DNA of 57,564 bases, the filler included, from Asterionella formosa (taxonomy: Eukaryota), in assembly GCA_002256025.1 (NCBI GenBank). It is 5 parts of 5 records of this genome, joined end to end, with 100 filler letters (N's around TTAATTAATTAA, not from the genome) between each part and the next. Parts side by side here need not be neighbours in the genome. Positions count along the whole stretch, not along the records: positions 34,612 to 46,040 come from NKIB01008523.1; positions 46,141 to 57,564 come from NKIB01008525.1; 3 more parts are not named here. One strand, given 5' to 3'. The notes below the pieces were generated by a model. That model ran no database searches and was not told the origin of the DNA. It saw only the letters and a program-made list of their open reading frames with translations. Made by a program: the position numbers and the translations under genes. Positions 35,591 through 47,134 of the stretch are shown here, one piece after another. The first letter of the stretch is position 1; the number at the start of each line of letters is the position of its first letter.

Positions 35591-37759
35591 GCCATCGGGT
35601 GAAGAAGTCGAGAATCACAATGCGCAGTGATTTCATAATTTGGGAGATTCATCAGTCATTCTATGTTCCTACCTAGTAGGTAAAGCTAGTACAGTGTACA
35701 ATACACCATAAATATGATTGTACCATCACAGCACCTCGGCTCACATGTATTGTCATTCTGGTTAGTAGCATGTTGTCATCTCGTTTGCATTGATGATGTC
35801 TCACAGTGTGCACAGCAGTGCGCATCATCACACAGATTGATTGTAGGTTTTACATGGTGGCTTGCAGTGGAGCGAGTGAGATTTAGTCATTCAATGATGT
35901 GGCATACAAATGGCGGCGATACCTTTCAACAGTAAGTGACAAGCAGCAGACCAGAAATCGCCACTTGATTTTTGTCCACCAGAATCTCACTCAGTTGTCC
36001 ACTTTCATTCCTTCTCATCCTCGTTATCAGAAGCAGCGCTAACGATGATATGTCTGTGCAAGAAAACTGGGGTCGTGGAAGTCAAGGAAACAATCTTCAA
36101 GGCGGACATTGGAAACCAGACAAGGAGCCAACAATTCACGAAGATTTCATGCAATTCTACAATCAACAGGTCAGCACGGACAAGGAAAGCAGCGAACCGA
36201 GGAGTTCTCATGACAGCTATAGCAATGCAAGAGTGGCAAATTGCCATGCATTCGCAAATTAATTCTCTGGAGATCAACAATAGGAATGCGATTGCACGCA
36301 AATTGTCTATCAACTTGCCTACAGATCCATAAGATTGGCAAAGTGCCCCAAAACTTATTACAGTATTTAATATTGAATTCTTATAGTATGCTATCATTTA
36401 TACCCTTTCTACGAGGTCACTGACGCTACCAAAAGCACCACCATTGTCGATCAATTGATTGATTTAGCATTGCTAGTGATATCAATTGATTGATTTACTA
36501 TTGCTGGTGATTTTGTCGTGATAGTGCTCAAAGGGTATCTCAGTGGCCAATTTTTCCAAAATTTTCAAGGAGTAACATAAAGTAGCTACTATAGGAGACC
36601 GTTCTACTGTTATATACCTTGTATGTATGTTGAGAATAAATGGTTCGAAAAAAATGGGGCACGACATTTTGCTCGAGATAGCCATAAGTGAAAATCGAAT
36701 AAGCCGAAAAATGGTTTTTTAAAACATATTTGCCAAATTTAAAATTTAAATAGTAGCTTGTGTAATTGCGCACATTAGGGCAACTGAACCGGACAAAGTC
36801 GTAGGAGTCAAAATGCCTCCAGAGAAATGTTAAGAATTGTTGCAACTATTTTCATTCAGAGAGAGTACCTGGTATGATCAACAGGTAGTAGTCTACTATA
36901 TGTCAAATGTAAATACTATAAAACATATTCCCAGCAGAAAATTACCCAGTTGTTGTCTGAGGATGTACATGATAATATCTACAAATAGTCACCTACTAAA
37001 TCTCTGGAATGATGAATACCATGATACTCCGCCCTACCTCCAACAATAACAGTTACATTGTTTCTTACCTGTCTTTTTCATGTAGTCCCTAGGTTTCCGG
37101 GGGGGGGGGGGGCGGCTGACGAAAAGACAGGTCCCATCCATTGTACCTTATGGACATATAAAACCGGTGCTAATTGTGTCCATTTATTCATTTAGTTGGG
37201 CACGAGTGCGATTATTGGATAGCTTTAATATACTATAATTTAAAATTTCTCCAGGGCCAGCCATTTTGACTCCTAGTACGATTTTCTCCAGCTTAATTTT
37301 CTGATTGTGCAGTGCAGCTTGCCCTAAGCTAAAGATCCATGCATATAATATATAGAGAATAATTGAAATTGGAAACACGTATGTTTCAAAAAAGTGTTTC
37401 TGGCCATTTTCCATTTTCATTTATGGCCATCTGAGAAAAATGCAGACGCATGAGGACACATTTTTCTCTGAACCACCTATTCTCAACATACATACAAAGT
37501 AGGATATAACTACCTACTGGTTATCTCACCGAAAATAAGCTGCTCGGCATTTGGGTTGCGGAAAATCGATGCAACTGCTATGTTGTTGGACAGTGGGAGT
37601 ACCTCCTGGTACCAGTCAAAAAGTGCTTAAGACCACTATATTACCCCGTTTTTGGATTAAAATTAGAAAAATGTTCATGACTATGAAGGAAATGTGTGGG
37701 ACATGAGTACAAACTACACATGCATCTCATTTACTGAAGCAAAGACTTACATTAGCTAA

Positions 37760-39115
37760 TCACTGACTTGCGCCAGAACCTGCTCCTATTCTTGATGCAT
37801 TAGGCGTTGAAACTCCTGCCTCTGCCCTTTCTCGTGCTGAAGTTTTCGATGAACAAGCTCACGAAGACTCTTCACATTTGTGTAATATAATTGTGTCCCA
37901 TGTTGATGAATCAATTCTATTTGGACTTTGGGCATGTCTTGCATCATATGGAAATCGAGGTCCTGGTTTATTGTTATTTTTTGCTCTGGTTGATGATGTT
38001 ACTTCTGGATCTGCTCAAGTCATGGTCGATATTCACTCCAAGTTTCTATCGAACCTCAAATTGTCGGATTATCCAGGGGAAAATGTTCGTCTCCTCATTG
38101 AGGATGTGCAAACTACCTACAATCTATTGGCTGGTGGTGGTTCCATTCATCAAACTGCATCTACTATTCTTGTTAACAAGTTTCTATCTTGCAGCACTGA
38201 AGGTTTTCGAAGTGCATTTCATGTTCTCTCTGGAGAAATTGACATACAAGAGAAACGCTTCATTGGAAAAGACAATGCTGCAATGCTTCGCTTCCAATCA
38301 ACAGATCTTGGTGTAAATGCATTGTGTAACATCGCTCTCCGCGACTACAAGCGTCTACTTGACAATGGTCGCTGGATTGCTGGCTTAGATCTTCCCAAGT
38401 CTCAGCCAGACTCCCTCCCCGCCGCTTTCCAGGCATCTTCCAATGCTGCATATCAAGCCATTGTTGCAGAGTTGAAGTTCCTCCGCAACTCAATCAAACC
38501 TGGCACTGCAGTTCCTGATGATTCTGTCAACTTGAAACTTGATAATAGCATCTGGTGCTATCATTGTGGAAAGAAAAAAGGGCAGGCACATGAGAAACAA
38601 TTGTCCGCAATGATACAAATTTTTACTGGTGCACCAAGTGCAAACGTTCGGTTAAAACGCATACAGATGTTACTCACATTGCTCGTGATCCCAACGCTGT
38701 TGCCAATGCACCCATTGTGAAATTCACTGAGGTCAATAAGAGTCCTACAGCGAAGTTGGCTTGCGAAACTGTCTCTCAAAATAAGAACAATGCTCTTGTT
38801 CCTCAATTTACAAGTTTTGGATTTATTGCTACATGTGATGACTCTCATGTCACTTGGTCGGTTGATAATAATTTGTCTTTGATTTTTAATGATGATGTTA
38901 TATCGCCCCATGGGCATAACACTCATGCAGATACCCTCTGTTGGACTGGTGGTACTGTGCCAGACCTTTCTAACTCTACCACCATTACTATCATGTCGCC
39001 TTCCGATCCTCATCTCACTGACTCGCACTTTCTTGATCCTTTGACTTTGTCCATTGACTTGCTTATCATTGAACCCTACTGCCCCTTTTGCTACCAATCC
39101 TATGAATCAGTTTGA
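37760..39115 (+). mobile_element. Ty1/copia (CoDi-like) gag remnant
   Basis: GPGLLLFFAL..., LKLSDYPGENV, Y..L...GRW, then a frameshifted knuckle FYWCTKCKRSVKTHTDVTH; no RT or integrase nearby. Confidence 0.6.
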
Positions 39116-39328
39116 TTTTTTTCCCAAGGTTGGTGCTCCTTGCTTCTTTTGACCGACTTACCAACAGCGATGCATCTCTGTTGGTGTTTATCCAACGTTT
39201 GATATCTTTGGTTGTCGGCGTGCAACCAACATTAAATTACAGGGCTACCCTACAGTATGGTTGATTTTTGGTGGAATCATGATAAACATGTGGTTTACTG
39301 CAATGTTTCTTGGTGGCACATATGAAAA

Positions 39329-40900
39329 CGTCTGCAAATAAAAACTATCATATTTCCATGACGATGCATCATAGGATTGTGATCATCTGATCATAATATT
39401 TCGTTATATCATCTAATAATTTTGATAAATGCCTTTGTAATTTAAATAGTAACCCTTTTGACTACATATATTTAATTATCATATGTATTGTTTCTATCTA
39501 TTTGATTCCTGTATTCGAATTTCTTGGTAGGATAATGTACAAGCTCAAGTAATGGCTGTGATTTGGCTCGTCATTTCCATCCGTCATCACTCCGATTTTT
39601 GCAACAACAACGAAATACTAGCGATGACAAGCGGAATGAATGTTTGCGATAACGTCTTCAATTGTTGGTCAACTGATCATTATATCTTCGAGTATTCGTC
39701 ATGTGCAGTGAATCTTTGTTCATAATCATTCAATTAAGAGTTTACAAGAGAGAAAAAATCATTCGAACTTGTAATGGTTCCGCACACAGCACACATAGTA
39801 AATCCGTTTCGTCGACTTCAGCATGAGAATCTCGCCAATCAACCCGTAAACATACACATTCTACTTGTTCTCGTTGACATTTTCAATTCTTACATGATAC
39901 AACATCTACTATTTCGATTCAGCATAGAAGGAGATACGAAAATGTGCATAACAGACTACTGTCCACATAGCTCTAGTTATAGAATGATTCTGATTAGAAT
40001 GCATTTCATTTTCATATCGCTCGCTTGTTTCTGCATTTGGCATACTGTACTTGAATTAATTAACTATTCAAGAGAGCAAAAGCAAGTGGCTCTTTTCATT
40101 GTTGTTTGCTCGTAGGAAAAATTTGATATCCGTATCGTCACTGCTTGCTTGTTGGAATTGTCCGTTGCCTCAAGCCTGCTTGGCGTGTGCGTACACACAC
40201 TGTCGACTTGTTTTCATTGGTATGTTGTTCTTGTATTCACTGTTGAGCTTGTCCGCATCTTTGCTACCATCAATAGAGTGAAAAGTGGGTCTCTTCATTG
40301 TTGTTTGCTCCTGGAAAAGTCGGTGTCCGTGTCATCCTCATCAATAGAGAGACAATTCTTTTTATCATTACGGTTTGCCGCTGGAAAAATTGGTACTCAT
40401 GGTATCGTCATTTGCTCGTTGGAACCACTGTCCGTTGCCTCAAACCTGATTAGCGTGTGTGTATGTGCACTGTCGACTTGTTTACATTACAGGAGTGACT
40501 TAGCTACTAAAGTGCGTGATATAATAATATACTCCGTAGTATGATGCAGAATACAGTTGCTTCCCAATCATCTCATCATGATTGATAAGATGATAATGTG
40601 ATATCATGATAGGGTGACATCGATGCATACATCACCAAAGTATGATACGTAATATTGAATAAAGTACATCACATAGCTATGATACATTGATCATAAAACT
40701 ATGATGATTTTATAAAATGTTTATGATATAATTTTGATCAAAATATGATTATGTTAAAATAGTACAATGACAATAAAATACGATATATATGTACGCAAGT
40801 GTTATCAAGACATCATAGAAAATAAATCAAGCAATCATAAAGTATGTTAATTAATATATATGTTTGTCGTTTAATGTATACAGTTAGAGTCAACCTTTAA
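39329..40900 (+). mobile_element. End of an unclassified repeat element starting CGTCTGCAAATAAAAA, with internal ~130-bp repeats and ATCAT-rich tract
   Basis: Homologous in inverted orientation to 24480-25192 and 46141-46500; internal repeats 40090-40220 / 40381-40488. Confidence 0.65.
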
Positions 40901-42956
40901 TTTGAGAGTATTATACAGTGGATAGGATCTAAGTATACGGATGCGTTGATATGTACATCACTATAATATGATTTCTGACATGGATTGATGCATATCACAT
41001 ACCGGTATCCTCAACAACCAGCCATCACGTTCATTGTCGTGTCGTCTTTCGTTGTTATTGCTATATACCGGTATATGCCAGCATATGTATTTTGTAAACA
41101 CTACGCTGGCGGAACATGCATACTACACTGTGCTCTGTTCAACAATTACTACACTCAGTTACCATCACACCAGTTCCACCTCCAGAAGCGCCGCAAAAAG
41201 CTCCGCGTTTCCCTTCCACTGTTTTTCATCAAAGTCTTCTGGCCCTTTGACAACTTTCCAAATGGCATTTCACGGATTCCATGGAAAAGATCACGTCTGC
41301 AATTAAAAGTAACATGCATATAGGATCAAGGGTATTGTACGCTAAGTGGCACAGGATTTTCGTATATATGATAATTATCAAGGTATCTTGTAACTATGAT
41401 GATTTATTAATATTTTACCGACCTTGAAGTATAATGATAATTAGAACATTATCATCACACAATGTATATAAACTGATCAACAACACTTCCCATCAATATC
41501 ATAAAACCTTCTCATATTATTTTCACTTCTCGTGATCGCCCAATGTAAATTATAACTACAACCTATCCTAAAACCAGCTCAACTCTATGCTATCATGTGA
41601 ATTGTTTCATCGTAAATTTATCGTAAACATGATCATAATTCTAATCACAAGCATTGTTCAAAATAGATTGAAATGGATCTTAATTTAACTATCAAATTAA
41701 GCAATGCTAACAATTAATCAACAGCATGCCAGCGACCCAACGTTTCTCTCTCTACTCGGCTCAATGTATATTGTTCCTGTCTCACCCTTTTCTTCCTCTT
41801 TTCTGAATCTTGTACCGAGCAATGCATGCCTTACTAATGTTGTGTCTCTCTCCCTGCTGTTAGTGTCATTCTGAATTCGCCGGCTATTCCGTTTGATCGG
41901 TCTATTTTCCTATGCATGCAGTTACAGTAACAATGAGAAGGAATGATTTGTTAGCTAGTCATGTTACATTGACACAAGAACACGCAATTCCATCGTATCC
42001 TCGCTCTTGCTTTACTTACCACAAATCAATGCAACGGATGCATAAGTCTGTTATAGTAACTTGTCAGTAAGCCAAATTCTTGAATAAGTAAGTTTCGGGT
42101 ATCCAATGTTGTCGAATAAAACTTACCGGTTCATTTTTGTCATCTTAACTTTGAGAGAAGGTAAACGTTTTGTCAGCTTTATTCCAACAGAAGTGAATAG
42201 GTCCAACGAGTGACAAGAGCACTTACGCAATTTGGTTTTGTTTTACATTGGTGCTCCCCAACAAGCGAAACGAGCAGTTGAATCAACTGAGAAAAAGTAA
42301 ATGTGCATTTAGTTAACAATTTGTTGTTGTGCTGCCTTCTTTCCAACGATTGTCATCCAAGTACCACATTGATGGCTTCATTACCTTAAACATTTTCCAT
42401 CTTTCGAATGCGCAATGTTTCGAAGTCACAATGTTTTTCGTTATGTATTGCGTAAACTTTCTTTTCTTGTCATGTGCTTTACTACGACATATCTTTTCAT
42501 GAAGCAGCAGGCATTGTTTGTTAACATGACAGAACGATTTCAAAAATATATATGCCATGAATATAGTAATATAATTTGTAAATATATATATATATGAAGT
42601 GTTATGCATTTTATAAAATTCAAAGGCGCTCTCGATATGGAACATCTGATATGGTTGAGATGATCATACTCGCATATACATAATTCGAAAATACTCAATG
42701 CACTGAACACCATATGTCTATGACTGCTGCGACTGCAGCGGGACAGTAAATGAATTTAAGATCATTGAACTTTAAGGAAGACAACGACAACAGTTATCAA
42801 GTAGTACAATGTCTTCAAGAAACCATAAAGAGGTTCATGCTGAGGGAAAAACATTTTGCACTTGCCAAAGGATATTATCAATTGGTCAATGAGCTAAATC
42901 ACTACAAAGGTCGTAACTCGCGCGCTCGGTTCTAAACAGAATAGAACTTCCAGAAT

Positions 42957-43607
42957 ATGGATATTGATGACTTTATTAGGTGGGCGTTGACGCTTTATCG
43001 TTTTGCGCAGTCAAAGGACATTGACAGGGGAAGCCATGGATACCAAGTCTGGCGTGATGTTCTTGCTCCGGTGTATTTTATAGGCAGGACAAGCCCTGGA
43101 GAACTAATTTTAACAGGAGACAAATCTGGTGTGACCAAATTTCAACTCAGTCTTCGGGCACAGTGTGAATTGCAAACACGTTTTGTTGGTTCGCTGATCA
43201 ATGCCAGTACAGAAGCATTTTGCTTCTTGGTGCTGAAAGGAAAATTCCGATTACAACAAAAATATTTGGGTCTCAATCCAGATACCCATGAAATTTCAGA
43301 GAACGATAGATATTCGTCATTCTACCGATTTTGTCGACATTGGTGGGAAACCACTGATCAAAAACGTGTGAGGGAAGAAAGTTCAGTTTCAAATGGTCTC
43401 ACTGATCAATGGACTGCTGATGATTTACTCGGTTATTATAAGCAAATCTACACTGGACTTTCACAAAAGAATCGATCTGAATATGGAAGGAATCCTAGTG
43501 GAATTGCTACTCCCACCACAAATATCATCTACCCACACTCATACTTCTCATTTCCCAACGTAAGTAAAATGTTCCTGAAAAGAATATTGAATACAATGAC
43601 CGCATAA
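42957..43607 (+). CDS. Orphan ORF (216 aa), probably a transposon accessory gene or fragment
   Basis: Long ORF in AT-rich repeat context; STEAFCFLVL resembles the SDEAF.LL motif of TE-associated ORFs (from memory). Confidence 0.35.
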   Translation: MDIDDFIRWALTLYRFAQSKDIDRGSHGYQVWRDVLAPVYFIGRTSPGELILTGDKSGVTKFQLSLRAQCELQTRFVGSLINASTEAFCFLVLKGKFRLQQKYLGLNPDTHEISENDRYSSFYRFCRHWWETTDQKRVREESSVSNGLTDQWTADDLLGYYKQIYTGLSQKNRSEYGRNPSGIATPTTNIIYPHSYFSFPNVSKMFLKRILNTMTA

Positions 43608-43930
43608 ATCAACGGGACATTGATGACGATGTTGATTTTGAATGGATCTGATAGAATCCAATGCATATTTAGTAAATACATAATAATTATAGTAAGTGTG
43701 TGACTTCTTCAATGCAAGCCATATCATAGATGATAGGAAAACATTGAATCTGCTAATTTTTATGTTGCCATGCCTCGTCCACGACGTAATTTATGGAAAT
43801 CAATCAGGTGGGACCAAAAACTAACAAGCGAACATTGATAAATATATAAGAATAATATAAATTATAATGGTAACAATATAGTTTCGCATACTAAATTGGT
43901 TATTATGAGGTTTTCACAAACTACCATTTC

Positions 43931-44465
43931 CTAAGAAATGATTATCCAATGGTCCATTATTTGTTCTTTTTCACTCCCAAAGAACCTAAGATGGTCCTTC
44001 TCGTTTCTTGTTTCGTCGGAAATTTTGCTTCTCCACTTTTCAACTGCAGTTCGATATGAGTCTGCAAAATTTTTCAAGTTGATTCCAGAAGGGCTATCAT
44101 CAGATACAAAATTTTCTTTCAACTTTTTGTCAATTTTGATGCATCCAGAAATTTGGCCAAGAGGTGCATGATTATACAATTTGAAGGGAGCAAGTTTGTC
44201 ATTACTTTGTTGTATCATGGATTTTACGTAGACAACTTCATCCTTCTTGAAAGAAGATTTGCAAGGAACTCGTCCAAATACTTCGTTCAACATTTTTAAA
44301 TCTAAATAGGATGTCAAAATTTTGTCGATACAAAATTGAAGAACAGTTATTTCCAACTGAAACATATCCTCACGAGAATTTGTCGTTGTCACTTGAGGCC
44401 AAACTGTTCCAAGATGAAAGTATGTGAAGAATCCAGAAGATACTTGGCGTATTGCTATTCCTACA
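43931..44465 (-). CDS. Orphan ORF 3' fragment, cut at its 5' side by the gypsy integrase fragment
   Basis: ~178 open codons in AT-rich DNA, ending where integrase homology begins. Confidence 0.35.
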
Positions 44466-44469
44466 TCGC

Positions 44470-45480
44470 TCATTATTGGATCCTACTATTAATTGGTATC
44501 ATCAGATGTTAGCTCATGTGGGTATGACAAGATTAAATGCTACAATTGCTACACATTTTTATCACCCTACATTAAAAGCAAAAGTGGAACATATTGTTAG
44601 CATATGTGAAGCATGTCAATGTACAAAATTCCCTGGTATTGGTTTTGGTGAACTTCCACCCAGGAATGCATTGTTATTACCATGGTCAGAAGTCGCAGTA
44701 GATCTAATTGTTCCATGGAAGATAACAGTGGCTGCTCAAGCGATTGAATTTCGTGCTTTAACTTGTATTGCAATAGTCAACAATTTAGCAGAAATTTCAC
44801 GTATCAACAACAAAGCGATGAAATTTGAAAATTATTGGTTAGCCAGATATCCCCGTCCAGAACGTTATATACATGACAATGGAGGTGAATTTACTGGTGT
44901 TCCTTTCTTAAACATGCTGTTAGTATTGAATGGAATTAAAGATGTGACAACTACAGTAAAGAATCCACAAGCAAATGCTATCTGTGAATATTTACATCAA
45001 TCTATCAGCAATAGTCTACGAGTTATGTTAAAGGCTCATCCTCTAATAAATGAATTTCAAGCCCAAAATATTGTTGATACATGTTTTGCAGCTGCGTCAT
45101 ATGCAGCTCGAGCTATATTCATAGTATATTACGTGTTTCACCAGGAGCATGGGTTTTTCAACGTGATATGATATTAAATATTCCTTTGATTACAGATTTA
45201 CAATTTATACATCAACGTTGACAAGTGATGATTGAGTTAATTTACGTCGTCGATCTTATGATTACAAAGTGGGTGACGAGATTTTAATACTATTGGATAA
45301 TCCTACTACTTTGGATGATCGTGGATGAGGTTGGCACTCCTTATACAATTATTCAAGTACATGCCAATGGTACAGTACTTTTCAACGTACTATACATATT
45401 ACAGAACGAATTAATATTCGTCGTATCAAACCTTTTCATAGGTAAAAGGTTTTCCCTCAAGTGTGGGAGAGTGAGCAATC
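44470..45480 (+). mobile_element. Ty3/gypsy integrase fragment with polypurine tract and probable start of the 3' LTR
   Basis: HHCC (WYHQMLAH...CEAC), D (VAVDLI), D (IHDNGGEF), E (NPQANAICE); frameshifts after ~45110; GGGAGAG-TG at ~45465-45473. Confidence 0.85.
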
Positions 45481-46040
45481 CTGGACATCGATACAGATGT
45501 ATATAGGGTTAGGGTTATATCAATTATATTGGAATTCAATAATGAGAGAACTCGACTAACACCCATTGTATACTTTGATGTCAGTTTAGGAAATGAGTTG
45601 TACATAAGGATTAATTAATAAGCTCATATTTTCAACAAATACTACTACTTCTAGTACGATACTTCAGATGGTAAAAAGTACCTGGTACCAGCTAGTATGA
45701 TATGTAGGGAGTAAATGTTGCGAATCTTTACAGTATTTGGTGTTATCACAGCATGCATCATGCCGTTTTGGCATACACACGACGTCCCACCGGATGTAGA
45801 ACAGTGTTTACCGGTATTTCGATCCACATGCATGTATGCACACTTAAACCTTTCAATATTTGCAATTAGCTACAACATATGTTCCTTACGATGCCTTGCT
45901 GCTAACAGAAGCCGATCCAAATACCAATTTCCAAAAATTGGGAACAATCAACGGTGTTTCAGCTAGATATTCTGCATAACCCAATTGATTTCCATACTTG
46001 ACTTTTGCCATTTCGACAGTCGTTAACATGGCACCAGTTG

Positions 46041-46140
46041 NNNNNNNNNNNNNNNNNNNNNNNNNNNNNNNNNNNNNNNNNNNNTTAATTAATTAANNNN
46101 NNNNNNNNNNNNNNNNNNNNNNNNNNNNNNNNNNNNNNNN
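46041..46140. other. Artificial contig linker
   Basis: N-TTAATTAATTAA-N, 100 bp. Confidence 0.97.
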
Positions 46141-46500
46141 ATGTACATTATTCAATATTACGTATCATACTTTGGTGATGTATGCATCGATGTAACCTTA
46201 TGATGATATCACATCATCTTATCAATCATGATGAGATGATTGGGAAGCAACTGTATTCTGCATCGTGCTACAGGGTATATTATTATATCACGCAATTTAG
46301 TAGCGAAGTCACTCCGCCTGTAATGTACTAAAGTCGACAGTGCACATACCGGGTACCGGTACTCAAACGCTAATCAGGTTTGAGGCAACGGACAGTGGTT
46401 CGAACGAGCGAATGATGATACAGTACCAATTTTTCCAACAAAAGAACTTGTCTCTCTATTGATGAGGATGACACGGACACCGACTTTTTATTTGCAGACG
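46141..46500 (-). mobile_element. Internally deleted copy of the CGTCTGCAAATAAAAA-terminated element
   Basis: Reverse-complement match to ~40315-40669, joined directly to the terminal motif TTTTTATTTGCAGACG at 46485-46500. Confidence 0.7.
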
Positions 46501-46703
46501 CAAGGAACGATTTTCTTGATTTTGGAAGGCTTCCGGGCATGGTCGAGAACTGATTTATTGGAGACCCTGTCGTACACATTGACCAACGCTCGCTTTGGCC
46601 TTCGTGTAGCATACAACGTTATACATATAGCTACCGGTAGCTAATATATATATTAATAGAAATAACTAGTACTGCTGTGTTGTGTGCATGCATATCTAGA
46701 ATC

Positions 46704-47030
46704 TCAAAATGAGAAAAAAGATTGCCAAGTTTGCTGAGGTTTAACTTGTAATACCGACCCAGGTATTCCTCCAATATTAGGGACAACAACAGCAGGAGCA
46801 GAAATACAATCGACTGTAACAAACATGAGCAGTTTTCTCTTTCCTGATTCATAACCCAGCAGGTGAGCTATCTCAAACATTTTAGAACGACGGCTATTAA
46901 ATAAACTCTCACTTGGATCCTTACATGAGTTCACAATTGCAAAGATTCCAGTTGTTTCGTTGCGGAGTGATGCACACAATCGTGGATCAGTAAAATCAAA
47001 TTCAGGCCCAAGCAATACAAAACCAAAGAT
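46704..47030 (-). mobile_element. C-terminal remnant resembling Plavaka-type transposases
   Basis: FVTVDCISAPAVVVPNIGG...VKPQQTWQSFF resembles the C-terminus of diatom Plavaka-like ORFs (from memory). Confidence 0.45.
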
Positions 47031-47134
47031 TTTCCCCTACACTATGTAACTAGCGCATCATCCGAATTCTATTTGTGCATATCAAGTGCTTCATGTGATA
47101 ATTTTAATCAAATAAAGAGATGAACGTTATCGTA

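Noticed and set aside
45503..45517. Telomeric repeat TAGGGTTAGGGTT
   Set aside because: Only two units inside a probable LTR; not a telomere array
39329..46500. A single intact element with long TIRs
   Set aside because: Not accepted as a feature: arms are on different contigs, diverged, and lack a shared TSD; kept only as a hypothesis
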